The notes: generated by a model from the sequence alone, not told the origin. Shown: positions 10,774 through 22,838, counted from the first letter of the stretch. The stretch: DNA of 64,000 bases from Candidatus Marinacidobacterales bacterium (GCA_965219415.1 CBDCNP010000002.1:1600001-1664000), one strand, 5' to 3'. Made by a program: numbers and translations.

Positions 10774-11958
10774 ATGTTCTCCCGGCGTTTGAATTGGAGC
10801 TTCGCTTCGAACCGGCTGGCACGTCTGCTAGAGGAAAAGCGGAGGGCAGGCGAAGAGATCCTGGACCTCACGGAGTCGAACCCCACGCGAGCGGGATTCG
10901 ACTACCCGTCCGATGCGATCCTGGCCAGCCTGAACGACCCTCGGTCACTGGCTTACGAACCCGCCCCGCTCGGCCTCCACGCCGCGCGGGAGGCAGTGGC
11001 CGGGTACTACGCGCGGCGGGGGCAGGTCGTTTCTCCAGAACACCTTGCTCTCACCGCGAGTACCAGCGAGCCCTATAGTTTCCTCTTCAAAGTGCTGTGC
11101 GATCCCGGGGATCGAGTGCTCCTACCCCGGCCCAGCTATCCCCTTTTCGACTACCTTGCCAGCCTAGAATCCGTCGAAACGGATTCGTACTCTCTCGTCT
11201 ACGACGGGGCCTGGAGCATCGACCTCGAGACGATTCGGAGGAAGCTGGGTCCCCAGACCCGAGCCTTGCTACTCGTTCATCCCAACAACCCCACCGGCTC
11301 CTATGTAAAACAGGCCGAGCTATCTGAGCTGACGGCAATGTGCGGCGAGCATGGCGTCGCACTCGTCGTCGACGAGGTCTTCGCAGACTATGGGTTCGGA
11401 GAAGATCCGGATCGTGCTTCCACATTCATCGGAAAAAACGACGTGTTGACTTTCGTGCTAAGCGGGCTCTCCAAGATCGCAGCCCTTCCGCAAATGAAGC
11501 TCGCGTGGATTTGGACTGGCGGTCCCGACGACAAGAAGCGCGAAACCTTGGCGCGGTTGGAGCAAGTGGGTGGTGTGTTCCTTTCCGTGGGCGCTCAAGT
11601 CCAGCACGCGGCGGCGAAACTGCTAGCCCTGGCTCCCTCGCTGCAGGCGGCGATCCGAAAACGCCTGATTGAGAATCGCGAGCTCCTCAGGAATGCCATC
11701 CCCACCTCCTCACCGCTCGAAGCGCTAACGACAGAAGGAGGCTGGTACGGGGTCCTACGATGTCCCGAGGTTCAGAGCTCCGAGGAGTGGGCGCTCGCTT
11801 CTCTCAGCTCCGACGACACTCATGTCCATCCCGGGTACTTGTTCGACTTCCCCACCGACACCTATCTCGTGGTGAGCCTCTTGACGCCGACCGAGACCTT
11901 CGAGCCAGGTATTCGCCGCATGCTGAGTCGCGTCGAGACAACCGTGGCCGCGATATGA
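10774..11958 (+). CDS. PLP-dependent aminotransferase class I/II
   Basis: HPNNPTG, DEVF, SGLSK...KLAW motifs. Confidence 0.9.
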   Translation: MFSRRLNWSFASNRLARLLEEKRRAGEEILDLTESNPTRAGFDYPSDAILASLNDPRSLAYEPAPLGLHAAREAVAGYYARRGQVVSPEHLALTASTSEPYSFLFKVLCDPGDRVLLPRPSYPLFDYLASLESVETDSYSLVYDGAWSIDLETIRRKLGPQTRALLLVHPNNPTGSYVKQAELSELTAMCGEHGVALVVDEVFADYGFGEDPDRASTFIGKNDVLTFVLSGLSKIAALPQMKLAWIWTGGPDDKKRETLARLEQVGGVFLSVGAQVQHAAAKLLALAPSLQAAIRKRLIENRELLRNAIPTSSPLEALTTEGGWYGVLRCPEVQSSEEWALASLSSDDTHVHPGYLFDFPTDTYLVVSLLTPTETFEPGIRRMLSRVETTVAAI

Positions 11959-12751
11959 GAATGACCACCGAGCGCGCAACGGGGATCGGCGTCGGCATAG
12001 CATTGGGTGGCCTATTAGGCCTATTGGCCAAAGAGCTGAACCTTCTTTCTCTCATCTCTTATTGGCATGATCGCGCCCCTTGGGTCGTAGGAGTCGCGAT
12101 ACTGGGAGGCGCTATTTGGAGCACACGTCTGCGCTGGCTACTCGGCCTAGGCGTAGCAGCGCTAGGCGCTCTGTGGCTCGTCATCGCCTTTACCCCTCTC
12201 AGCCCCTGGTTAGCGCGACAGACCTCACGCGGCGTGACCCGCTTCAACCTGCCGACGCCGTCTACATCCTTGGTTCCAGTATCCAGAAGGACGGCGAGCC
12301 AACTGGGGAAGCCGCGAGCCGTCTACTCGGCGGGCTCCAGCTGCTCCAACAGGGAATGGCGCCGGTATTGGCCGTTTCCGAGCTTCCGCCTCCCTACCCT
12401 TCACACTCAGAGACTTGCCGGGAGATCATGGACAGTCTAGGAATGGAGCAGCCGATCCTTTCGGTCGGCGAGGGACGGAGCACCCGGACCGAAGCGATCG
12501 CGCTAGGGGTTGTATATCGAGACCGCGATTGGAAGCGCATACTGGTGGTGACGTCTCCCGTCCACTCGCGTCGCGCCTGCGCGGCTTTCGAAAAAGAGGG
12601 AATGGAAGTCGTTTGCTATCCATCGATCGAGATGGACTTCGACTTGGAAACGCTCGAAGAGCCCGACGAACGACTCGAATCCTTCGGGCCCATCATGCAC
12701 GAGATCGTAGGACTCTGGGTCTACCGCCGGCTCGGCTGGATGGCGAAATGA
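11955..12751 (+). pseudogene. YdcF/DUF218 membrane protein, frameshifted near 12215
   Basis: TM N-terminus in ORF 11760; ADAVYILG, STRTEA, LVVTSPVHSRRA, HEIVG in ORF 12080. Confidence 0.8.
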
Positions 12752-12753
12752 GC

Positions 12754-13815
12754 TCAGCTCTTATTGTCGCTCTCGACCGCCTCTAGCATATGGGGGAGGA
12801 AGCCCGGGATCGCGGCGGTGACGCGGTTCCATGTGGGGATGAGAGGAGCGCGGAGGGGATTTTTCAGAAACTGCTCGCCGGCGATCTGCATCGAGTGTGC
12901 GAACGTCTCGACGGCTTTTTCTTCAGCGTCGCGATCGAACTCGAGGCCGTTGATGGCGGCGTCGGCGTGGAAACGCTCGATGGTGTCCTCGGCGGTCCGC
13001 CGATAGCTGGCCAAGAGGGTGCGGAACAAACCCGCGGAAAGGATGACGCCTTCCGCGGCGAGCGTGCGGAACAAAGACTTCGAAATGTCGATCGCCCTCT
13101 TCTTCAGTCCCGCATTCGGATCTTGCTCCGACAGGGGCTGGTGCTTGTGCTCGTAGTTCCCGGCTAGATCGACCTGACAGACCCGCTGCACTGCAACGTT
13201 TCGAAACATCTCCGCCAACATACCGACCTCCAACCCCCAGTCGGATGGGATGCGGTTCACTCGCGCCAGGTCGGCGTCCATCGAGAACTCCCCGGCAAGG
13301 ATGTAGCGGAAGCTGTCCAGGTAGTCGAGAATCGGCAAGGGTCCTACGATCCGCTGCAGCCCCTGATGAGGGGCGTCATCATGAGCCGTGTCACACGACC
13401 GTGCATGCGGTTGGTGATTCGACTGTAGAAGCCCTTGCAGAAGCGGTAATCGAAATTAGGGTTGACCACTGGAAAAACGAGACGTGCGAGCATCTCCCGG
13501 TCGTACGAGACGATATCGCAGTCGTGAAGTGCGATGACCTCGGCTTGACCACGAGCGGCTGAAGAACTCTCGGGCGCGCTCGAACTGCTTGCGGTCGGCC
13601 CGGTCGAGGCTGATCACGATCTGCTGTACGTAGGGTACCTTGGAGAGCTCGTCCACGATATGCCCGAGGGCGGGGCCTTCGAGCTCGCTGAAAAGGGAGG
13701 GCAGGACGAGCGCCACCGGCCGCTCTCGGACCAGCTCCCGCTCTAGCCTCTCTACGTTGGGAGGCCCGAGCCGGCGTAGCGTCGTCACGACACCGGTCTG
13801 GTAGAAATCGCTCAT
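12754..13815 (-). pseudogene. Glucosyl/mannosyl-3-phosphoglycerate synthase-like glycosyltransferase with an apparent internal deletion (~13557) and a frameshift (~13360)
   Basis: Three frames give MSDFYQTG..., IALHDCDIVSY...FCKGFYSR...GRVTRL and FRYILAGEF...DWGLEVG...YEHKHQ. The usual GKG-containing segment between the first two is absent. Confidence 0.8.
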
Positions 13816-14054
13816 TCGGCACCCTCAGGAGACACTCTGCCACCCTCGAGGCAGGGAAATCCCCGGCAATCGAGATCCGGATGGGGGCACATTCTACCCC
13901 CTGGGGTGCTAGAAGCGCCACTTGACGAAATGAAGCTCTTGTTCCTCTATTCCCTCGCTCCCTTTGGAGGAGCGGGTAGGGTGTGAGGGGGGCAGATCAA
14001 CCGAAACTCTCGACTCTGCTGGGTGGTGCGTGACGAGATTGAGTTGGAACGAGA

Positions 14055-14981
14055 CTAGTTGCCCGCCTGAGTCGCGGTATCGGGTCGAAGCTCGCGGAGG
14101 GGCACCCAGAGCCGCTTGTTATCTCGTGCGCGATCTTTGTGCATGAATTCGAGCTCGACTTCTGAGCCGCGCTCGAATCGTTTCTTCAGCCCTTCATATG
14201 CATCGAGAACCTTGGCAACGTACTGACGGGTTTCTGTCGCGGTGCGACCGCTGCCGGCTCGGAAGTACCCGGCGTTCAAAGGACCGCCATTGTATTCGGC
14301 GAGGACCAGCCGTTCATCGTTGTAGGCAGAAAAAAGAATATCCAAGTAGAGGGCAGCCAGCTCCGTGTTCTTCTCGGGGTCGAAGAGCATTTCCTCGGTG
14401 TACTCCCAGCCCCTGACCCTTGCCAACATTCTTCCGGTGGATGGCCAGATCTGGTAGAGGCCTTTGGCGTCGGAACCGCTGACCGCGTTCGTCCTGTACC
14501 CGCTCTCCACAATGCCAATCGAAAGAAACATGAGCGGGTCCAAAGACGGATATTTCTCGCTCGCGCCGAGAATCCAATCTGAGTACTGGTACGCCTGGTT
14601 GAGACCGATCTTCGGATTGGCTTCCATGATCGCGTCCCGGATCCCAAGCAACATCTGCTGGCGTTTGGAATCGAATCGGACCGCGGAGTCGAGCTTCTGC
14701 ATTCTCGATTCCACATTGGCCATCATTCCATCGGTCTCTTCACTTAGTGTCGCAACCCAGTGAAACGCGTACAAGGCCAAGACACTCGTCGTCAATAGGA
14801 GAAGCGAAAGACAAACAAGCGCGACCGACTGCCAGCCGTACTTTCTTTGCGGCTTGCTGGAACGCGATGTCCGTTTCTTCGGCTTCCGAGCTCTCTGATT
14901 TCTGGTTTGGGTGCTCTCCCCGAGAAGCCTTCTTTCCGCCAGGCTGAAGACCTTGCTCTCCGCTTTTCTCCGAGCTGCCAT
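14055..14981 (-). CDS. Membrane-anchored lytic transglycosylase (SLT domain)
   Basis: VESGY, GAKG-like DAKGLYQI, EYNGG, ETRQYV; one TM helix plus coiled coil. Confidence 0.88.
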   Translation of the reverse strand: MAARRKAESKVFSLAERRLLGESTQTRNQRARKPKKRTSRSSKPQRKYGWQSVALVCLSLLLLTTSVLALYAFHWVATLSEETDGMMANVESRMQKLDSAVRFDSKRQQMLLGIRDAIMEANPKIGLNQAYQYSDWILGASEKYPSLDPLMFLSIGIVESGYRTNAVSGSDAKGLYQIWPSTGRMLARVRGWEYTEEMLFDPEKNTELAALYLDILFSAYNDERLVLAEYNGGPLNAGYFRAGSGRTATETRQYVAKVLDAYEGLKKRFERGSEVELEFMHKDRARDNKRLWVPLRELRPDTATQAGN

Positions 14982-15295
14982 CCAGAACCTCCGGTATCAG
15001 GATAGAGGCGTTATCTTCCCGAGATACCAATTGCCTCGTGCCTCGTTTCGAGAGCCGAACCGGACCTCGATATAACGATGCCGTCTTCCGAGAAAATTAG
15101 GATTATTAAGGAACTGGAGCCTTCTAGGTTGGGGACGAGTCGTTATCGCCTCCACTCGGCGATTCGTCAAACTCGTCGAGAAGCAGCGGTCGATCTTGCA
15201 TCTTAAGTGTATGTAATATATAGCTTTATACACGGTGCGTGGTGTATGAAGCACTCACAATTTGGTGCATTGGCGGTATCGGGAGGATAGAACTC

Positions 15296-15742
15296 ATGGA
15301 AGAGATCGGCCGGCTCTTGACGAAGTTCCCGGTGGTCATCGAGATTGATGTGGCCTGGGGTGAGATGGACTCGATGGGCCACGTCAACAACATCGTCTAC
15401 TTCCGGTACTTCGAGAGTGCACGCATGGTCTATCTTGAACAAATCGGCTTCCTGGAAGAAAAGCATCGCACCGGCGTCGGTCCGATCTTGGCTTCCACAC
15501 GCTGCGACTTCCGAAAACCGCTCGTTTTTCCAGATAAGATCTCCGTCGGCGTCCGGGTTGACGACTTAGAGACCGATCGCTTCGTCACGTACTACCGGCT
15601 GGTAAGCCACAAATTAGGCAAAGTAGCGGCGGAAGGAGAAGGCCTAGTCGTGTGCTACGACTACCAGAAGGGAAATAAGGCCGAGATCCCAGACGCGATT
15701 CGCAAAGCGATCGAATCTCTAGAGGGGAAAGTCGAAGGCTGA
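15296..15742 (+). CDS. Acyl-CoA thioesterase (4HBT hotdog)
   Basis: EMDSMGHVNNIVYFRYFESAR; GGAGG RBS before ATG 15296. Confidence 0.9.
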   Translation: MEEIGRLLTKFPVVIEIDVAWGEMDSMGHVNNIVYFRYFESARMVYLEQIGFLEEKHRTGVGPILASTRCDFRKPLVFPDKISVGVRVDDLETDRFVTYYRLVSHKLGKVAAEGEGLVVCYDYQKGNKAEIPDAIRKAIESLEGKVEG

Positions 15743-15747
15743 GCGAT

Positions 15748-16161
15748 TCACCAGATGGGGTTGGGCCTATAGAGAGGCTCGGCCCAGGGCGTTACCCTGG
15801 CCAGTTCCTCCGAGTCCATCGGACCCTGTGTCGTTTCGAGGTAATCGAGTAGCGACGTCCGATCTTCGATGGAAAAAAACCAAAGGCCTTCTTCCTTCTC
15901 CATCCGGGTAATGACCTCGTCCCAGCCTTCGCGAGTCGTGCGGTAAGAGACGACGAGCGACGGCGAGTGGCAGAGCACGCAGTACGTCAGAGTCAGCTGC
16001 CGACCTTCGCCGGGCTTCAGACCGTGCAGGAGATCCTCGTCTGCATCCTGGGCTGGCTGAGTAGGCTGGGCAGGCTGAGCAGAAAGAGGCCCGAGTAAGG
16101 CGACGATTCCGACGACGAGCAGAATTATCGCGACCGCGACGACGAGGACTTTTTGCACCAT
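15748..16161 (-). CDS. Monoheme cytochrome c, SorB-like
   Basis: CVLCH heme motif, signal/TM N-terminus, directly downstream of a sulfite oxidase. Confidence 0.8.
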   Translation of the reverse strand: MVQKVLVVAVAIILLVVGIVALLGPLSAQPAQPTQPAQDADEDLLHGLKPGEGRQLTLTYCVLCHSPSLVVSYRTTREGWDEVITRMEKEEGLWFFSIEDRTSLLDYLETTQGPMDSEELARVTPWAEPLYRPNPIW

Positions 16162-16165
16162 CTAG

Positions 16166-17377
16166 TCAGGACACCCGCACCGAGATCCGCTGCATGGCGT
16201 TATTTAGATAGCCTCGTGGATTCCAACCCGGGACCACCATAGGCTGCTGTCGGCCTCGGTGGTCGGTCGCGCGGGCCCAGACTTCGTAATAGCCAGGCGT
16301 GGGAAATTCCAGGGTCGCCTCCCACCGTTGCCAAGCGAACGGATTACTGGGTTCGGCGAGCGAGGCGCGGGTCCACGTGGTCGCGAAGTCGAAGCTCACG
16401 TGCATTTCCTTGACCGGTCCGTCCCCACACCAGGCGTGCCCTCGTAAAGCAAGCGCCTCGCCGAGTCGAAGCTCTACTCCCGTCTTCGGCCGGGTAATGA
16501 TGGACTTCACCGGCATGGCTTCGATTACCTTCATGTCTTCTTCTGGAACTCCGGTACCAGGCGCGACCGGATACTTGGGCACGCGGTAGGAGTGCCCGGT
16601 CATCTTGGGGCCGTCGTGCTCCCGGTCTCGGACCCAAAGCCGGCGAAGCCATTTCCCGGATGTGGAGCCCGGCCAGCCCGGCGCCACCAGACGTAGAGGG
16701 AACCCGTGCTCGGGCGGCAAAGGTACGCCGTTCATCTCCCATACCAAGAGCGTGTTCTCGTCGAGCGCTTTTTCGATCGGAACGCCCCGAGAGATAGGTA
16801 CCCTTTCGGTGTCGCCGCTCAAGTGAGGGTCTTCGCCGTAGTAAGCGACGAAAACCGCGGTCCCCTTCAGACCCGCCTCTTGTAGGACATCTTTGAGGCG
16901 CGCCCCGGTGTAGTTCGCACACCCGACCGCACCGAGCGTCCACTGATTGCCCGAGGCAGGCGGGTTGTATCCGGCGCGGCCGTTACCCGCGCATTCGATG
17001 ACCAGCGACGCTTGGCGATTCTCGAAGCGCTGCTTCAACTCATCGAGGCCTAGCGTGAGCGGCGTTTCGACCTCGCCGTCGATAGTGAGGGTCCAATCAG
17101 AAAGATCGCCGGTACTGGCACGCTCGGGAATGCGACCGTTGTTGCGTACGAAATGGCGTGAGTTAGGGGTCACCTCATCGTCGAGGAAGGTCACCGGCGT
17201 CTCGGCGGTAATCGGGCGGTCGCTCAGAACGGTGAGTCCGACTTTGCCTTGGAGAGGGGCGGCCTCTTGAGCCAGGACCACATTTGCAGGCGGAAGACCC
17301 TTCGCACCCCAGAAGTACATACCCAACGTGCTCGAACCGAGCACGCCGAGAAATCTTCTTCGCCCGTCCCGCGTCAT
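16166..17377 (-). CDS. Tat-exported molybdopterin sulfite oxidase, SorA-like
   Basis: RRRFLG Tat motif, FVRNN, ECAGNGR, HGFPLRL, YLNN. Confidence 0.9.
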   Translation of the reverse strand: MTRDGRRRFLGVLGSSTLGMYFWGAKGLPPANVVLAQEAAPLQGKVGLTVLSDRPITAETPVTFLDDEVTPNSRHFVRNNGRIPERASTGDLSDWTLTIDGEVETPLTLGLDELKQRFENRQASLVIECAGNGRAGYNPPASGNQWTLGAVGCANYTGARLKDVLQEAGLKGTAVFVAYYGEDPHLSGDTERVPISRGVPIEKALDENTLLVWEMNGVPLPPEHGFPLRLVAPGWPGSTSGKWLRRLWVRDREHDGPKMTGHSYRVPKYPVAPGTGVPEEDMKVIEAMPVKSIITRPKTGVELRLGEALALRGHAWCGDGPVKEMHVSFDFATTWTRASLAEPSNPFAWQRWEATLEFPTPGYYEVWARATDHRGRQQPMVVPGWNPRGYLNNAMQRISVRVS

Positions 17378-17399
17378 CGCCACCTCCGGTTGGGCGGCG

Positions 17400-17408
17400 A
17401 TTATAACA
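17400..17408 (-). promoter_or_regulatory. Extended -10 (TGtTATAAT) for the sulfite oxidase pair
   Basis: Perfect TATAAT on the minus strand, followed by GGAGG and ATG. Confidence 0.65.
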
Positions 17409-17448
17409 GACGCCCAAGGCACCGGGATCTGGTAGCATAAGCCGCATC

Positions 17449-18801
17449 GTGCCCCCCGCGGCCCAGCGACTCACCTGGCTCGAAGCCCTTGGTCTCCACC
17501 GTCGAGAGCTCAGAGCTTGGGCGATGTATGACTGGGCCAACTCGGCCTTCGCGACCACCATCATGGCGGCGGTGCTGCCCATCTTCTACCATGGATATGC
17601 CGCCAGCTCGCTTCCGGAGAACCTTCGCACCGTCTACTGGGGTTATACGCAGACGGTGGCGCTCGTCATCATCGCCCTCATCTCGCCGGTTCTGGGCGCG
17701 ACGGCCGACTACCTGGGTGCAAAGAAGAAGTTTCTCGCCGTGTTTGCCGGCATTGGAGTTCTGGGGTCGTTCCTTCTTTCCTTCACCGGCGAAGGACAAT
17801 GGCTCTTCGCTTCGGCCGTCTTCATCGTCGGCAACATCGGTTTCGCCGCCGGCAACGTGTTTTACGAGTCTCTCTTGCCGCATGTCGCTAAGCCAAACGA
17901 AGTCGATCGCGTATCGACGGCGGGCTACGCCATCGGCTACGTCGGTGGCGGACTACTCCTCGCCTTTCAGCTCGCGTGGATCACCTGGCCTGACAAATTC
18001 AGCATGACGGATGCAACCCAGGCCTCTAAGTACGCCTTCGCCAGTGTGGGACTCTGGTGGGCCATCTTCGCCATCCCGCTTCTCCGCACCGTCTCCGAGC
18101 CGCCGCGTCGACTGGAGCAGGGCGAGCTCCTCGAGATGAACCCCTTCCAAGTCGGTTTCAGCCGTGTCATAGAAACCTTCAAGGAGATTCGAAAACATCG
18201 GCAGATCTTCACCTTTCTCATCGCGTTTTGGCTTTACAACGACGGCATCATGACCATCATCAAGATGGCAACGATCTACGGTTCCGAGATCGGGATCGGG
18301 CGGACGCATTTGATCGGGGCGCTGCTCCTCGTGCAGTTCATGGGTATTCCCTTCACTTTTGCCTACGGTGCGTTGGCGGCTCGCATCGGAGCCAAGAATG
18401 GTCTCTATATCGCGCTCGTCGTTTACACCGGCATCTCCATCTTGGGCTATTTCCTGACCACCGCAACGCACTTTTGGGCGCTCGCTTGTGCCGTGGCCAT
18501 GGTGCAGGGGGGAAGCCAGGCCTTGAGCCGCTCCCTTTATGCGGCGATGGTGCCGCGGGGAAAATCGTCCGAGTTCTTCGGCTTCTACAGTATCAGTGGA
18601 AAGTTCGGGAACATCATCGGGCCCTTCGTGTTCGCGGTCGTCAGCCAGCTCACCGGTGGAAGCCGGCTGGGGATCCTCTCCCTCATCGTATTCTTTGCCA
18701 GCGGCATGTTTTTCCTGAGCCGAGTGGACGTGGAAGAAGGGCGCCGTGTCGCGGAGGCCGAGGACTCCGAGTTAAAACTAGCTGGGCCCAACGCGCGGTG
18801 A
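17449..18801 (+). CDS. MFS transporter, ATG22/UMF1 family
   Basis: [27 protein letters not shown]; about 12 TM segments. Confidence 0.9.
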   Translation: MPPAAQRLTWLEALGLHRRELRAWAMYDWANSAFATTIMAAVLPIFYHGYAASSLPENLRTVYWGYTQTVALVIIALISPVLGATADYLGAKKKFLAVFAGIGVLGSFLLSFTGEGQWLFASAVFIVGNIGFAAGNVFYESLLPHVAKPNEVDRVSTAGYAIGYVGGGLLLAFQLAWITWPDKFSMTDATQASKYAFASVGLWWAIFAIPLLRTVSEPPRRLEQGELLEMNPFQVGFSRVIETFKEIRKHRQIFTFLIAFWLYNDGIMTIIKMATIYGSEIGIGRTHLIGALLLVQFMGIPFTFAYGALAARIGAKNGLYIALVVYTGISILGYFLTTATHFWALACAVAMVQGGSQALSRSLYAAMVPRGKSSEFFGFYSISGKFGNIIGPFVFAVVSQLTGGSRLGILSLIVFFASGMFFLSRVDVEEGRRVAEAEDSELKLAGPNAR

Positions 18802-18887
18802 GGACCTTACCTGACTGACTCTTTCGTTTCAAACCTTTCCTTCAAGAATCACGTACTCCTATCCTGGAGCCTTTCCTAGGAGAATTC

Positions 18888-21037
18888 ATGAGACTACTCT
18901 TGCCTACTGTTCCCGTACTTACCTGTGTCGGCTTCTTGCTGGGCACTCCGGTTGCCGCTCAAGAGTCGACGTTCTCGTCGACGAAAAGACGTTCCGGCTG
19001 CTCAACAACGAGCTCTCGGGAGAGATCGCCAAGGACAACCTGAAGGTCGTGACGCGATACCACCGGCCGGGAGGCTCCCAGGGGTTCCACGACGCCGCAC
19101 AGTTCATCATCGAGAAAGCCAAGGAATACGGGCTCGAGGGCATCGAGCTCATCCGCCAGGAAAGTCACCAGGCGGCCTGGAGCCCCGGACACTCCGAGCT
19201 CTAGATGGTGGAGCCGGAAGAGTTCAAGCTGGCCGATAACTGGGAAGTGGCGACGGCACTCGCCGACCATTCGCGTCCGGCCGACGTCACCGCCGAGCTG
19301 GTGGACGTGGGCGCGGGCACGACGGACTCGGATTACGAGGGGAAGGAAGTCGAGGGCAAGCTCGTTCTCGCGACGGGCGTGACGCCGATGGTCATGGCGG
19401 AGCCCGTTTTGAAACGTGGCGCCTTAGGAGTCATTTCGTCATGGTCGAGCCGCGTCCACCCAATTATCGAAGGAGCGGACCAAGTTTCCATCGGGCTCAT
19501 GGGAGGCTTCGGGGGCGGCGAGCAGGAACCGACGTTCGCGTTCATGATCTCACCCCGCACGGGGATCTGGTTACAAAAACTGATAAGTGGTGGTTTTTCG
19601 GGAGACGTATTCAACTTAGCCGTCGCCGAGCCACAAAAAGTCGTCCTGAGAGCGCGGGTGGAATCCAGGGTCGATCCCGAGCCATGGATGGAAATGATCG
19701 AGTACGTCATTTCCGGGAGCGAAATCCATGATCAAGACATCGTTTTGACTGCGCACCTCCAAGAGGAGAAACCTTCAGCCAACGACGATGGTAGCGGTTG
19801 CGTGAACCTTCTGGAGATCGCTCGTGTGATGACACTGGCGATCGATGAAGGACGCCTCCCTCGCCCGCGCCGCGACATTTGCTTTTGGTGGGCGACGGAA
19901 ATTTCGAGCGAGTATCGATACTTCGAGGAGCACCCCGAAGAGCGCGAACAGATGTTGGTCAACATCAACCAGGACATGGTGGGGGCCAACCAATCGTATG
20001 GAAACCGTGTCCAAATGATCACCCGAACTCCCAACTCCATGCCGAGTTATCTGAGCGACGTGGTGGAGTCGATCGCGCAGTCCTTGATTCGGGGCAACAC
20101 CGCGTTTCTGGCGGTGCGAGCAGCCGGCAACTTTGCCAGGGGGACACGTTATTCGCGGCCGGTTCTGGCACCGCTCGGGACACGGGATCGTTACAACGCG
20201 ATGGTCGTGCCCTACCACGGCATGACCGATCACATCGCGTTTATGAATTCCATCATCGGTATTCCCGGTGTCACACTCACCAATTGGCCGGATCCGTTCA
20301 TTCACTCCTCTGCCGATGACATGTGGAACGTGGACTCGATCCAAATGAAGCGGAACGCACTCCTCGTCGCTGCGTCGGCACTGTATATCGCCGATGCGGG
20401 CGAAACGGAGGTTCCCTCGCTGACGTCGGAGGTTTACGGAAGGGCGCTCGGAAGGATCGGACGGGACGTGGGCACGGCGAGCCGCCTCGTCCAAACGTCG
20501 CAAGCGTCGAACGCGGAAGACATGGCGGCGTCCTATCGAAGCGCTCGGAAGCTCATCGCGCAAGCGGTGGAACGAGAGCAGACCGCCTTGCGCTCGGTCT
20601 CCGTCTTCGCGCCTGCCGGCAGTTCGGCGAGCCGACTGATCCAGACCACGGCCGACTCGCTCGGTCAAAGACAGAGCGAGTGGACCACGCTTCTCGACGG
20701 TGTCTATCGCGCCGCCTCCGGGGGGGGATCGCCGCCGTCACTGGAACTGACTCCCCAAGAGAAGCAACTGAACCAGAAGACGCCTCGCAAGATAGGAACC
20801 ATCGGTGAGTACCTGAAGGCCTCGAGTCAGACCAAGCCGGTACCGGGGCTTCATCCGTTCATGCGAGAGAAAGTCTTGAACTTCGTGGACGGGCAGCGAA
20901 GCGTCCTCGATATCTTCCTAGCGGTGAGCGCCCAAGCCCAATCGGCTGGCGCCTTCTATTATGGAGAGACGTCCCTCACCAAGGTCGAGCAATACCTGAC
21001 GAACGCAGAGGAGGCCGGCGCCATCGAATTCCAGTAA
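18888..21037 (+). pseudogene. Secreted M28 peptidase with PA domain; frameshift near 18972 and TAG at 19202
   Basis: Signal peptide from ATG 18888; NELSGE...HR in frame with ORF 19205 through EL*MVEP; AHL, ANDDGSG, NQDMVG, TDH, FIHSS motifs. Confidence 0.8.
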
Positions 21038-21053
21038 ACTGTCCGGCAGATCT

Positions 21054-22838
21054 ATGCCGAACATGAACGATCTTCACCTGCTCCTCGATCGAATCGATGG
21101 ACGCGGCTACAAGGCATATAAGGAGATCGCGGGAACGTACGACGGCCAGGGCGAGGGCCAGAACGAGGGATGGACGTTACACATCGACCACGTACAGGGC
21201 GACCCCTTCGCCACCCCGAGTAAGGTCCGGCTCCGGGTGCCGCAGCGACGGTCTCAAGTCCCGCCGGCTCTCTTCGATAATCCGGCCCGCCGGCTGGCCC
21301 TTCAAGATTTTCTCTGCCGAGAGGTGCATCGTGCCATCCGGCGCGAGGTGAAAGGGCGGCGAGGGAGCGGCAAGAGCGGCACCGTCACCATCGACGTAGG
21401 AGGACAAGAAGTCCTCGAGCGCACCGCCCTTCGCGTGACAAAAGACTGGGTCGAGGCACGTATCGAAGTCGGCCTCCCAGCGGACGGACGCAGCATACTC
21501 GGGCGCCAGGCGGAGACCATCCTGTGTCGTGAGCTGCCCAAAGTGCTCGAGCGCTCCTTGCTCTGGAAGAATGTCTCGCAAGACGAGGGTCGGGAGTTCG
21601 TCGATTGCGTCGAGAATCAGGAGCACATCCGCCTAGAACTCGGGAAGCTCGGCCTCATCGCTTTCGTGGGGGACGGGGCGAGTCTTCCCCGCGAGAGCGG
21701 CGCCAGCGACCGACCCCTCGGTACGAAGGAGGCGGTCCCGTTTCGTGCGCCGGCTCCCCTGCGAGTGAGCATCGACGTACCCCACACGGTCCACCGGGAA
21801 GACGGTCCCACGCGATCCATCTCCGGAATGGGGATCCCGCCGGGTGTCACGCTCATCGTGGGCGGCGGCTACCACGGCAAGTCCACACTGCTCAAAGCGC
21901 TGGAGCGAGGTGTCTACCCGCACATTCCCGGAGACGGTCGGGAGTACGTCGTTACCGACCGCGATGCGGTCAAGATCCGAGCCGAGGACGGAAGGCGCGT
22001 GGAAAAGGTCAACATCAGCTCCTTCATTACTAATCTTCCTTTCGGACGGAGCACCGAAGCTTTCTCCACGGACGACGCCAGCGGAAGCACGTCACAAGCC
22101 GCTAACATCATGGAAGCGCTCGAAGTCGGCGCCACCACCCTGCTGCTGGATGAAGACACATCGGCCACCAACTTCATGGTCCGGGATTCTCGTATGCAGG
22201 CACTGGTGAACAAAGAGCACGAGCCGATCACGCCCTTTCTGGATCGGGTGCGCGAGCTCCACGACACGCTCGGTGTCTCCACCGTTCTCGTCATGGGAGG
22301 CTCGGGGGACTACTTCGAGTCCGCGCACAACGTCGTGCTGATGAAAGACTTTCTACCGCACGAGGTGACCGAGGAAGCAAAGCAAATCGCTAAAGCCCAA
22401 CCGACCCAACGTGCTATCGAGGCGGTTAACCCTCTACCCCGCCACATAGACCGCATCCCGGTGGCGCGAAGCTTCGATCCTTCTCGTGGACGGCGCGAGG
22501 TCAAAATAGACATCAAACAGGTAGACCTTATTTTGTTCGGACGGGAGCGGATCGATCTACGCGCCGCCGAGCAGCTCGTGGATTCGAGCCAAACCCGAGC
22601 CATCGGACACGTCATTCACCTTGCGGCGGAGAAGTTTATGGACGCCGACCGTACGCTCCGTGAAGTGTTGGAAAATGTGGGCCGCATCTTCGATAAGGAG
22701 GGGTTGGACATCCTCGATCCCTTTCGCCGCCCCGGGCATCATCCCGGCAACTTCGCTCGACCCCGGAAGCACGAAATCGCGACTGCCATCAACCGACTGC
22801 GGACCGTGCGCATGCGTCAAAGTGAGGAAGGTGAATGA
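21054..22838 (+). CDS. Predicted ABC-class ATPase (ABC_ATPase family)
   Basis: IDHVQGDPFA, GGGYHGKST Walker A, DASGSTSQAANI, LLDEDTSATNFM. Confidence 0.9.
   Translation: MPNMNDLHLLLDRIDGRGYKAYKEIAGTYDGQGEGQNEGWTLHIDHVQGDPFATPSKVRLRVPQRRSQVPPALFDNPARRLALQDFLCREVHRAIRREVKGRRGSGKSGTVTIDVGGQEVLERTALRVTKDWVEARIEVGLPADGRSILGRQAETILCRELPKVLERSLLWKNVSQDEGREFVDCVENQEHIRLELGKLGLIAFVGDGASLPRESGASDRPLGTKEAVPFRAPAPLRVSIDVPHTVHREDGPTRSISGMGIPPGVTLIVGGGYHGKSTLLKALERGVYPHIPGDGREYVVTDRDAVKIRAEDGRRVEKVNISSFITNLPFGRSTEAFSTDDASGSTSQAANIMEALEVGATTLLLDEDTSATNFMVRDSRMQALVNKEHEPITPFLDRVRELHDTLGVSTVLVMGGSGDYFESAHNVVLMKDFLPHEVTEEAKQIAKAQPTQRAIEAVNPLPRHIDRIPVARSFDPSRGRREVKIDIKQVDLILFGRERIDLRAAEQLVDSSQTRAIGHVIHLAAEKFMDADRTLREVLENVGRIFDKEGLDILDPFRRPGHHPGNFARPRKHEIATAINRLRTVRMRQSEEGE

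Noticed and set aside
13390-13560. Suspected internal inversion in the gpgS-like gene
   Set aside because: Manual translation shows the middle part on the same strand in a third frame; it is a deletion plus frameshift.
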